From positions 1 through 62,861 of the forward strand of contig CAVWLW010000005.1 in assembly GCA_963755715.1 (NCBI GenBank): a stretch of DNA of 62,861 nt, given 5' to 3'. Positions 1 through 6,274 of this stretch are shown here, one piece after another. The notes under the pieces are model-generated. The model had not been told where the DNA came from. It saw only the letters and a list, made by a program, of their open reading frames with translations, and made no database searches. Position numbers and translations under genes: made by a program. Origin of the DNA: an uncultured delta proteobacterium. Its GTDB lineage: Bacteria > Desulfobacterota > Binatia > UBA9968. Each line of letters opens with the position of its first letter. Positions within the stretch are counted from its first letter, which is position 1.

Positions 1-222
1 GGGCGATGCCGACGAACTGACGGTACTCCTTGCCGCCAAGCCTCATTGCCCCTCCATCAGGTTCATCCCCACCGAGGCAGCAGCTCGGCGCGTTTGATCC
101 CTCAAACTAAACAATTCTTCTTTTGGATACGCTCTGGTGGCCGCGTAAGTCTTGAGTGCCAACTGATGCGCCAATTTAAAAACGTCGAGATCTTCCACGG
201 TGTTCAGTCCCGTCCTCCTCAT
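1..222 (-). CDS. Four-helix-bundle protein (TIGR02436 / 23S rRNA-IVS / Avd-like family), frameshifted near nt 45 and running off the window edge
   Basis: Translation MRRTGLNTVEDLDVFKLAHQLALKTY...YPKEELFSLRDQTRRAAASVGMNLMEG matches the family pattern (xEDLxVW/F...FPxEExYxLxxQxRRAAxSIxxNIxEG). A family-like continuation EYRQFVGIA lies in another frame at nt <30. Confidence 0.8.
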
Positions 223-333
223 CCGCACCACGAGCACGAAACACGATCACGAGTCACGAAATAGGCACGAGGCTTGAGGCAACAGGCAACAGTAAGGACC
301 GGACGGTTCAGGGTTCAAGGAAAGTCTCGGAGA

Positions 334-365
334 GGAACTTTTGGAATTCCGAAAACGTGGAAATG
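334..365. repeat. Palindromic spacer motif, copy 1 (degenerate, left arm shortened)
   Basis: GGAACTTTTGGAATTCCGAAAACGTGGAAATG. It lies 6 bp from the stop codon of 372..632. The preceding TTCAGGGTTCAAGGA..TCGGAG is shared with copy 2. Confidence 0.7.
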
Positions 366-371
366 GACGAG

Positions 372-632
372 CTACTTTCCTAAACCGAGACGCCGGCGCA
401 GTTCTCTAGCCGAGATGGCGCCCTCTTTTTTCACACGGGCCCTGGACCTCGTTATGATCTTGAGGAATTTGCGGTTGGTGCTCAGCGCTAGGGTCTCTTC
501 ATCCGCGTTCCGGATCGGAATAACGGCCGCGAACGGTTTTCCCGCCTTGTAAACGACGACCGGGCCTTTTCTTGCTTTTGTGGCGTATTCCGAAAGCGGT
601 CCCGAGGCGTTCTTAAATTCGATCTTCGTCAT
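372..632 (-). CDS. Type II antitoxin, Phd/YefM-like
   Basis: 86 aa with N-terminal LSEYA..ARKGPVVVYKAGKPFAAVIPI (Phd/YefM-type). Its start overlaps the stop of the upstream RelE-like gene. Confidence 0.75.
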   Translation of the reverse strand: MTKIEFKNASGPLSEYATKARKGPVVVYKAGKPFAAVIPIRNADEETLALSTNRKFLKIITRSRARVKKEGAISARELRRRLGLGK

Positions 633-976
633 AGCTTTATTATTTCTCCGCCGATCCGTACACGATCCCTCTCTTTGATTCCGATCGCCAGAACGGTAAC
701 TGTCGGCTGAGGTTCATTGCTGACTTCATAATACACTCTAAGATCGCCAATACGAAGCTCCCAAGGAGCAATTGGATTCGGTCTCATCGACTTTCTATTT
801 CGCGTCTCCACAGTTGGCTGATTGACCAGCTGCCGGTCCACAGCATCGACTACAGTTCTTTGCTGTCGAGTCGCGAGCCGCCGGAGATGGTCCTCTGCAT
901 CAGGAGAATATTCAATGACGTATGCCAGGCTATTTTCCTTGCCTTGTATGGTGCCGCGTGAATCCGTCCTTAACAA
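629..976 (-). CDS. Type II toxin, RelE/ParE family (true start possibly ~928)
   Basis: YVIEYSPDAEDHLRRL...WELRIGDLRVYYEV...VTVLAIGIK is the RelE-fold signature. Confidence 0.85.
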   Translation of the reverse strand: MLRTDSRGTIQGKENSLAYVIEYSPDAEDHLRRLATRQQRTVVDAVDRQLVNQPTVETRNRKSMRPNPIAPWELRIGDLRVYYEVSNEPQPTVTVLAIGIKERDRVRIGGEIIKL

Positions 977-1030
977 CCATCAACGCGTCTGGTCGGTCGA
1001 GTGCGCCAATCTCGGGTGAAGTTTTTTCGC

Positions 1031-1061
1031 AATCTACTGGATTTGGCGGGTTTCGGGCAAG
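1031..1061 (-). promoter_or_regulatory. Sigma70-like promoter, copy A (TTGCCC-N18-TAGATT), facing the RelE/Phd module
   Basis: Minus strand reads CTTGCCCGAAACCCGCCAAATCCAGTAGATT. The same 22-bp core recurs at 4563-4584. Confidence 0.55.
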
Positions 1062-1087
1062 AGGGATTTCAAAGGACGAGAAAAAAC

Positions 1088-1349
1088 CGTGGACGTGACC
1101 GTGATTCGTGTTCGTCAAGGAAACTGCCGGGGACGAAGGGTCGTGATCGTGTACCAAATAGGCGTGAGGCACGAGGCAACAGGCAACAGTCACTGCCGTG
1201 ATCGTGGAAGGAAAAAAGCCGTGAGCGTGGTCGTGGAGTGGGGAAAGACGTGCTCGTGGACGTGTCCGTGAGTCGTGATCGTCGGGGGATTGGCCGGGAT
1301 CGTGGGGGGAAACTGACGTGACTCGTGTTCGGACAAAGCCGTAATCGTG
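1088..1349. repeat. Low-complexity tract of degenerate CGTGNN hexamers with an embedded AGGCNNN heptamer run (1160-1189)
   Basis: Examples: CGTGGACGTGACCGTGATTCGTGTTCG and CGTGAGCGTGGTCGTGGAG; AGGCGTGAGGCACGAGGCAACAGGCAAC. Similar tracts occur at 226-291, 2386-2443 and 4641-4660. Confidence 0.8.
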
Positions 1350-1411
1350 GGCGATCGTTTTTCGTTCCAGTAGTTCCAATCATTTCAAAGGTTCAAGGAC
1401 GGATTCGGAGC

Positions 1412-1453
1412 GGGAAACTTGCATGTTTTGATAATTCTCAAAACGTCAAAATG
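1412..1453. repeat. Palindromic spacer motif, copy 2 (divergent)
   Basis: GGGAAACTTGCATGTTTTGATAATTCTCAAAACGTCAAAATG aligns without gaps to copies 3-5. Confidence 0.8.
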
Positions 1454-1511
1454 TAAAATAGGCAGGAGGCGAGAGGCAAGGCACCAGTCGAACCCGGATG
1501 GTTCCAGAGGT

Positions 1512-1901
1512 TTAAGAACTGAGGATGTCTGCTTTCGGCCTTATCCCCGCTTGGTCTTCTTGCGTTTGGTGCCGTAGGATGCGGGGATTCGGCGATATGC
1601 ATCCGACTTTTTCTTTCTGCCGGCTCGAAGACAACTCTACCCGGGCGCGCAAAACGCTGGCCACCCGACGCAGCATGCTCAAAGAGTGACCCTCGTAGCC
1701 TGGGGATTCGAGACGGCTAATCTGCTGTTGCGAAGTCCTCAGCAACTTGGCGAGGTCCTTTTGGGACAACCCGGCCTTTTCGCGCAGTGCCGCGATCTGC
1801 AGCGCAACATCCCACGCCTCTCCGGCGCTTTTAAAGCGGGCAGCAAACGCCGGATCCCGTAATTGCTCGTCCAGATAGTGGTCGAAGTTGGTTCTTCTCA
1901 T
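1512..1901 (-). CDS. XRE/HTH antitoxin (HigA-like); C-terminus probably frameshifted, corrected stop ~1541
   Basis: LREKAGLSQKDLAKLLRTSQQQISRLESPGYEGHSLSMLRRVA is an HTH_3 motif. Frame correction gives ...RVVFEPAERKSRMHIAESPASYGTKRKKTKRG*. Confidence 0.85.
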   Translation of the reverse strand: MRRTNFDHYLDEQLRDPAFAARFKSAGEAWDVALQIAALREKAGLSQKDLAKLLRTSQQQISRLESPGYEGHSLSMLRRVASVLRARVELSSSRQKEKVGCISPNPRILRHQTQEDQAGIRPKADILSS

Positions 1902-2251
1902 GGTACTATTCTCTTCCGCCAGTCACGCATTCGTTCACGTGCGGTATCGAGGTCACGAGCAGGGATCGACTGACCTTTGTTACGAATCCCGTGCAGTGCC
2001 ACGATTCGCCGGTTCTTCATAAAAAACCAGATAACCCGCGTGTTGAGCTTGCCGACATGACGCAGCTCAAAAAGACCGTCGCCAAGCGCTTTGGACAGCG
2101 GCTCACGGTGATACTGACGATTACGAAGTTTTGCCAGGCCAGCAACCACGGCAGCGAAGTCGTCTGGATCACTGGCTTTCAATTCGTCCAGGAACTCCCG
2201 CACAGGGCAGCTACCGGTCACCGTCTCATAGAACTCTACGACGAAATCCAT
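1898..2251 (-). CDS. Type II toxin, RelE/HigB-like (Gp49/DUF891)
   Basis: VEFYETVTGSCPVREFLDEL...REPLSKALGDGLFELR...RVIWFF...IVALHG is the Gp49-like pattern. Its stop overlaps the HTH gene start. Confidence 0.85.
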   Translation of the reverse strand: MDFVVEFYETVTGSCPVREFLDELKASDPDDFAAVVAGLAKLRNRQYHREPLSKALGDGLFELRHVGKLNTRVIWFFMKNRRIVALHGIRNKGQSIPARDLDTARERMRDWRKRIVP

Positions 2252-2260
2252 CTTCGTGCA

Positions 2261-2276
2261 ACATCAATATTGATGT
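2261..2276. promoter_or_regulatory. Perfect 16-bp palindrome, probable autoregulatory operator of the HigBA-like module
   Basis: ACATCAATATTGATGT, about 10 bp upstream of the toxin ATG at 2251. Confidence 0.6.
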
Positions 2277-2463
2277 ATAGTGCAGGGGCTTAGTACGAGG
2301 AACGATACGATCAAAGAGATTGGTCGGGAGAGATTTTAGATCACGCTCGGCGGTCCGTTCTATCAGAACCTCATACACCAAAAGCCGTGTTCGTGTCCGT
2401 GGTGTGCGTGGACGTGATTCCTCCCGCTATGTGGAGCGTGATCGAGCTAAACATACGCTCGCA

Positions 2464-2505
2464 GGGGAGCTTCCACGTTTCGAGAATTCTCGAAACGTCG
2501 AAATG
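2464..2505. repeat. Palindromic spacer motif, copy 3
   Basis: GGGGAGCTTCCACGTTTCGAGAATTCTCGAAACGTCGAAATG. The core 2471-2502 is a 32-bp palindrome with one mismatched pair. Confidence 0.9.
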
Positions 2506-2691
2506 ATCTTCTTACCTTGGCTGGGCGAGCGCACTGAATTCAAATGCGACGCACTACGCCTCTACCCTCAATAATCGGCCCGGGCTTGCCTTGAGAATCG
2601 TGGCAAGCAGATTTGGAACGAGTGGAAGAATATCTTCAAGAGCATTGCTCGGCGCGATAAGCAAGATGATGCCGAGCCAGACTGGGAGCCG

Positions 2692-2937
2692 GTGGAAGAA
2701 TTCATCGAGGCACTCCCCGTCGCTGATGGTGCTTCACTAAGGGCACGGATCGATTTCTTAGCCGAGGTGGGCAATCAACGTACGGGCTGTGTACACCTCC
2801 GCTCGTCGATAAAATCGCGCGAACCTTCGCCTCTTGAGATCTTTTTGAGCGGGCTGCAAAACGATTTCGACAAGAAAAGCCAGAAGACACCGCGCCGGGA
2901 AATGGAGATAGCCCAAAAACGCATGGAGGAAATTTGA
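2692..2937 (+). pseudogene. Degenerate Gp49/RelE-like toxin
   Basis: PVEEFIEALP...RARIDFLAEVG and F.KKSQKTPRREMEIAQKRM match the Gp49 N- and C-termini, but the central ELR/R.FY core is missing and there is no clear start. Confidence 0.6.
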
Positions 2938-2938
2938 C

Positions 2939-3241
2939 ATGAAAAAAAAACCGACTGTACCCTATCGATTTCGAATCGGCGCTCAGAGCGCGAAGTTCCG
3001 TAGAGTTTACGATGACGAACTCGGTCGCTTGCGGTTGGCGCATCGGATCACTGAACTGAGGGAAAAATGCGGTTTAACCCAAGCGCAGCTGGCCGACAAG
3101 GTTGGCACAACACAAGCTGGAATTTCTCGTTTGGAAAACCCCAACTACCGAAACTACTCGTTAACCACGCTCGAAAAGGTGGCGGCGGCGCTCGGCGCAC
3201 GATTGAGAGTCGAGCTGGAAGAGCCATCGAAGGCGGCGTAA
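2939..3241 (+). CDS. XRE/HTH antitoxin (HigA-like)
   Basis: LREKCGLTQAQLADKVGTTQAGISRLENPNYRNYSLTTLEKVAAALG. It starts 1 bp after the toxin remnant and is a paralog of 1512..1901. Confidence 0.85.
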   Translation: MKKKPTVPYRFRIGAQSAKFRRVYDDELGRLRLAHRITELREKCGLTQAQLADKVGTTQAGISRLENPNYRNYSLTTLEKVAAALGARLRVELEEPSKAA

Positions 3242-3261
3242 GAACGGTCCCAACGGAAGCG

Positions 3262-3303
3262 GGGGAACTTCCACGTTTCGGGAATTCTCGAAACGTCGAA
3301 ATG
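3262..3303. repeat. Palindromic spacer motif, copy 4
   Basis: GGGGAACTTCCACGTTTCGGGAATTCTCGAAACGTCGAAATG, 20 bp after the HTH stop, followed by AGGCACGAGGCAACAGGC. Confidence 0.9.
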
Positions 3304-3340
3304 TGAAGCCGGGCATCAGGCACGAGGCAACAGGCGCGAG

Positions 3341-3432
3341 TCAGAATCTGCGGTCGAGGATCTCCAATGAGGGCCGCTGCAGCCGGTAGCAGGCTCAGAC
3401 GTCCGTGCAATGGCATTGACGTGACGGTTCAT
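3341..3432 (-). pseudogene. N-terminal fragment resembling a type III restriction (Res/DEAD-helicase) subunit
   Basis: With two 1-nt frame corrections it reads MNRHVNAIA-GRLSLLP-LQRPSLEILDR, recalled as the N-terminus of a Res-subunit family. Not verified by search. Confidence 0.45.
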
Positions 3433-3598
3433 TTGACGCTTCTGGGGACTCGCCGAATGGTCGTTCGGTTGAGCCCCGTAACTTTCGTGTTTTGTGCCAA
3501 AGCTCGGCCAAGTCGTGCTCGTCCCAGAATTTACCGATTTCCGAGTAAGAACCGGCCTTGGAAATCGAACTCTTACGTTGTCGAACGCTCTTTCTCAT
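3395..3598 (-). pseudogene. CopG/BrnA-like antitoxin, N-terminal part only
   Basis: SSISKAGSYSEIGKFWDEHDLAELW matches the 'SY.EI..FWD.HDL..YW' antitoxin motif. Similarity is lost after ~3480. Confidence 0.6.
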
Positions 3599-4023
3599 CA
3601 GCGGCTCCGCTGGCGTTTGCGCAGTTCCGTTTCTTTGAGGCCGTTCTTGAGCAAATAGCGCTTGATTCGCTTAAGGAATTCCTCAGTTCGCCGGCACTCG
3701 CTCCGGGCCTCTTGTCGTGAAAAGGATATTTCCACGTCGTAGTCGGCCGCCAAGCGATCGTCGAGGCTCTCTGTGAGATAAGCCGACCATTCGGTTTCTA
3801 TTTCCCCGGCTTTCACAAGGTGAAGACCAAACATTCGCCGAACTGCGGGATGACTCTCTGCAACGATGTCGTGAACGTGCAGCGCCGCCTTTGCCGCGTG
3901 CAGAATCGCGTAATAGGCCCGTGAGATTGCATCGGCATACAGGCCGTCACGGGTTAGAGTCTCCGCCGCTCGGAGAGATTCACGAGCGCGGTTCCACTCC
4001 GCTACGACCATGTTGCGGTTCAT
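3598..4023 (-). CDS. HEPN-domain protein (HepT-like toxin of an MNT/HEPN pair)
   Basis: ARESLRAAETL...DAISRAYYAILHAAKAAL...SH..V...FG...RLAADY (Rx4Y). It overlaps the MNT stop. Confidence 0.9.
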   Translation of the reverse strand: MNRNMVVAEWNRARESLRAAETLTRDGLYADAISRAYYAILHAAKAALHVHDIVAESHPAVRRMFGLHLVKAGEIETEWSAYLTESLDDRLAADYDVEISFSRQEARSECRRTEEFLKRIKRYLLKNGLKETELRKRQRSR

Positions 4024-4355
4024 ACGACGCGCACCGCGTCGCGCTCGACGGCTCTACGGAAGCTCGAACCGCTTCGCCTCCGGCTTTCCCACTCGTCCTG
4101 AGTGTAAGCGAGAATAGAAGGCAGCACTTCGGTCTTTGCAGCCAACAAGTAACCGATGCGCCGCAGCTCTCTCTTGAGGGCTTTTGCATCATTCTTGACG
4201 ATAAGGATAACATCCACATCGCTTTCGGCGTGCGCTTGTCCGCGTGCTTTCGAGCCATAGATGAGCATTTCTTGAACTATGCCGGGATGCTGCTTGTTCA
4301 GAGCTTCCCGGTACGCATCAAGCCACGCCTGTTCGTCCGACGTAAGTTTGAGCAT
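4020..4355 (-). CDS. Minimal nucleotidyltransferase (MntA-like antitoxin)
   Basis: IYGSKARGQAHAESDVDV is the GSx10DxD motif; 111 aa, directly upstream of HEPN. Confidence 0.9.
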   Translation of the reverse strand: MLKLTSDEQAWLDAYREALNKQHPGIVQEMLIYGSKARGQAHAESDVDVILIVKNDAKALKRELRRIGYLLAAKTEVLPSILAYTQDEWESRRRSGSSFRRAVERDAVRVV

Positions 4356-4553
4356 CTCTTATCTCGCCTTCGGTCGCGCGTCGCTTCCGTTTGTCGCTTG
4401 CGACAGTTTCGTTTAATCACCGTTCGTTGGAATCAAGTCCGTCTGTCCTTTCGGCGGTGGCACCTTAGGGAGGTCAACGATTAACGGTGATTTCCGGCGT
4501 AATCCTGCGCGGAGATCTATAGCGTCATTCCTGGTTTGGCCAAAAGTTTTTGT

Positions 4554-4584
4554 AGTTTATTAGATTTGGCGGGTTTCGGGCAAG
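4554..4584 (-). promoter_or_regulatory. Sigma70-like promoter, copy B (TTGCCC-N18-TAAACT), facing MNT/HEPN
   Basis: Minus strand reads CTTGCCCGAAACCCGCCAAATCTAATAAACT; 22 bp are identical to 1040-1061. Confidence 0.55.
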
Positions 4585-4596
4585 GGCGAGTTTATA

Positions 4597-4660
4597 AAAG
4601 GATAAAGGCAAAAGGATAAAGGATAAGGGATAGGAAAAGACGTGGAACGTGTTCGTGTTC
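4597..4660. repeat. AAAGGAT heptamer run followed by CGTGNN hexamers
   Basis: AAAGGATAAAGGCAAAAGGATAAAGGATAAGGGATAGG...CGTGGAACGTGTTCGTGTTC. Confidence 0.75.
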
Positions 4661-4705
4661 CCACTGCGTTTTCGTTCAATCCGTTTGAGATCAAAAACCT
4701 AGAGT

Positions 4706-4744
4706 GGGAACTTCCACGTTTCGGGAATTCTCGAAACGTCGAAA
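4706..4744. repeat. Palindromic spacer motif, copy 5
   Basis: GGGAACTTCCACGTTTCGGGAATTCTCGAAACGTCGAAA, identical to copy 4 over 39 bp and 9 bp from the stop of 4754..4981. Confidence 0.9.
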
Positions 4745-4753
4745 GGTTTGCGG

Positions 4754-4981
4754 TTACGCCGCAGTGTACTGACGGACTTCGACCTGAATTCCTGACCGGG
4801 CGGCTTCGGCCGCCGATCTGAGAAGGCTGGCTGTAATGTTTTCATCAACGTATTCTTCACCGCAATTTGTGCAGACCCGTGCGGGAACGCCCTTGAAGAC
4901 CAAAGTGGTTCCGTCTTTGTCCAAAGTCACGGTCGCCTTGCCAACTCTTGTTTCACCCTTCTTGCAAATCACGCATTTCAT
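4754..4981 (-). CDS. YgiT-type zinc-finger protein (MqsA-family antitoxin-like)
   Basis: MKCVICKKGET...LVFKGVPARVCTNCGEEY has two CxxC motifs with the typical spacing. Confidence 0.85.
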   Translation of the reverse strand: MKCVICKKGETRVGKATVTLDKDGTTLVFKGVPARVCTNCGEEYVDENITASLLRSAAEAARSGIQVEVRQYTAA

Positions 4982-5052
4982 GAAGTCTTTCTCCTTTTAA
5001 AATCCGGTTCCCATTCCTCCGGATCCGGCTCGTAGACGGTAATCACGATATT
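4978..5052 (-). pseudogene. C-terminal remnant of a DUF4258-family protein (partner of the zinc finger)
   Basis: Reads NIVITVYEPDPEEWEPDFKRRKTS*, with an ATGA overlap into the zinc-finger gene. No intact N-terminal part is visible. Confidence 0.7.
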
Positions 5053-5187
5053 GGGTGACTATCGCGAAAGCCACTGCATCTGACGATTTTACGTCGCTTT
5101 TTCCGCCGCTCGGCTCTCATTTTACAGGCATCATCGCAGAATTCGAGCGCCGAGTGATCGGACGACCGTTTATCCGAAACCCAGTCG

Positions 5188-5397
5188 ATGCAGGAAAAAC
5201 GCAGAATTTTGCGTTTGGTACTTTCGAACTCGGTCTGGAAGGATGATCACCTTGAGCCGGCGTACAAGAAACCTTTCGATTTTCTTGCGGAAAATAACCA
5301 GATGGCGAAACAAAAAAAAGCCGCTTCGCGAACGAAAAACGGCCTTTTTGAAAACTGGCTCCCCGGGAGGGACTCGAACCCCCGACCAATTGGTTAA
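5188..5397 (+). pseudogene. C-terminal remnant of a large serine recombinase, reading into the tRNA
   Basis: QEKRRILRLVLSNSVWKDDHLEPAYKKPFDFLAE...FENWLPGRDSNPRP resembles the C-terminal tail of tRNA-targeting large serine recombinases. The last codons are the antisense strand of the tRNA 3' half. Confidence 0.65.
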
Positions 5398-5431
5398 CAG
5401 CCAACTGCTCTACCGACTGAGCTACCGGGGA
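5356..5431 (-). tRNA. tRNA-Asn (GTT)
   Basis: TCCCCGGTAGCTCAGTCGGTAGAGCAGTTGGCTGTTAACCAATTGGTCGGGGGTTCGAGTCCCTCCCGGGGAGCCA: 76 nt, cloverleaf, GTTCGA T-loop, anticodon GTT, encoded CCA. Confidence 0.97.
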
Positions 5432-5736
5432 AATGAAATTCGATTATTTATTATAGTATCGACGAGTCTTTTTCTAGTTGCAACAAAATTTCCAGAATGC
5501 TGATCCATCTAATCCTTGACGTTCTCGTTGAGCCATCGACGTACCGCTTGTCGTTTCTCAAGCTACGTAAGACATAAACGTAGAACACCCCGTCACCGCC
5601 AGAGTTACTTACCGCGTAGACAAGACTCTACCGACTGTCTGAGCTTCAGCTGAAAGCTGATCAGCCTTTGGCTGAACCGGGGAATATTTTCGTGAACAGC
5701 CATGATTTCTAGCATACGATAGAGACGATTTCTACA

Positions 5737-6210
5737 TTAGCAAATCTCTAATTTCTTGATTTCATCGAGCATTTTCTGCTGATGCGTCGCCGCCCAGAAA
5801 ATCCTCTGGCAGGTCGGGCACCAGGAAAACTTTTCTTGGCTCGAAAAGACATAAGGCGGGACAATGCCGGCAACGCTTTCTTTAGACTTCACCTGCAGGA
5901 GGGTGTTGCACTCGATACAGCGCGTGAACATGGCTTGAGCCGGCTTTAAACCGCACGCCGTGATCACCTGCCGCAGTTGATCGCGATAATGGTCGCTGTC
6001 GATAAATAGGAAGGGCGGCGGCTGTTTGTGCTTTAGATGCCCGTCGCGAGTGAGTATGAGACGCCCTTCAGCGCGCGCGGCGCGGATCAATCCATAGCCG
6101 CTTAAGTGCTGGCCGTAGATGACATCTTGACCGATTACCCGGAGCCACTTCACTAACCTGCCGAGCATCCGGTCGGCGGCAAATTTTAGATCTGCGCGGT
6201 TGGCTTCCAA
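5737..6210 (-). CDS. Mut7-C RNase (PIN-like, DUF82) domain protein
   Basis: KFAADRMLGRLVKWLRVIG.D...EGRLILTRD...RCIECN...CPTCQRIFWAATH. Confidence 0.9.
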   Translation of the reverse strand: MEANRADLKFAADRMLGRLVKWLRVIGQDVIYGQHLSGYGLIRAARAEGRLILTRDGHLKHKQPPPFLFIDSDHYRDQLRQVITACGLKPAQAMFTRCIECNTLLQVKSKESVAGIVPPYVFSSQEKFSWCPTCQRIFWAATHQQKMLDEIKKLEIC

Positions 6211-6274
6211 ATAGATTCTTCATTCAATTCATTTGAACCCGGCGCGCTAAGCCTTTACCATATACGCCTACCGG

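Noticed and set aside
1-222. Diversity-generating retroelement, suggested by the Avd-like gene
   Set aside because: No reverse transcriptase or TR/VR pair is visible in the window. Sequence to the left is unknown.
930-1383. ORFs 930..1379, 1001..1201, 1069..1383 and 1089..1271
   Set aside because: They are translations of the hexamer/heptamer repeat tract (HDH/SRS/RDR-rich) with no protein-like features.
2320-3306. ORFs 2320..2574 and 3067..3306 sharing GELPRF.NSRNVEM
   Set aside because: The shared peptide is just the translated palindrome; one ORF overlaps a real gene out of frame.
334-4744. Palindromic repeats as a CRISPR array
   Set aside because: Spacing is 0.8-1.45 kb with whole genes between copies, and there are no cas genes.
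334-4744. Palindromic repeats as classical integron attC sites
   Set aside because: No RYYYAAC/GTTRRRY ends, no intI in the window, and modules are not all co-oriented.
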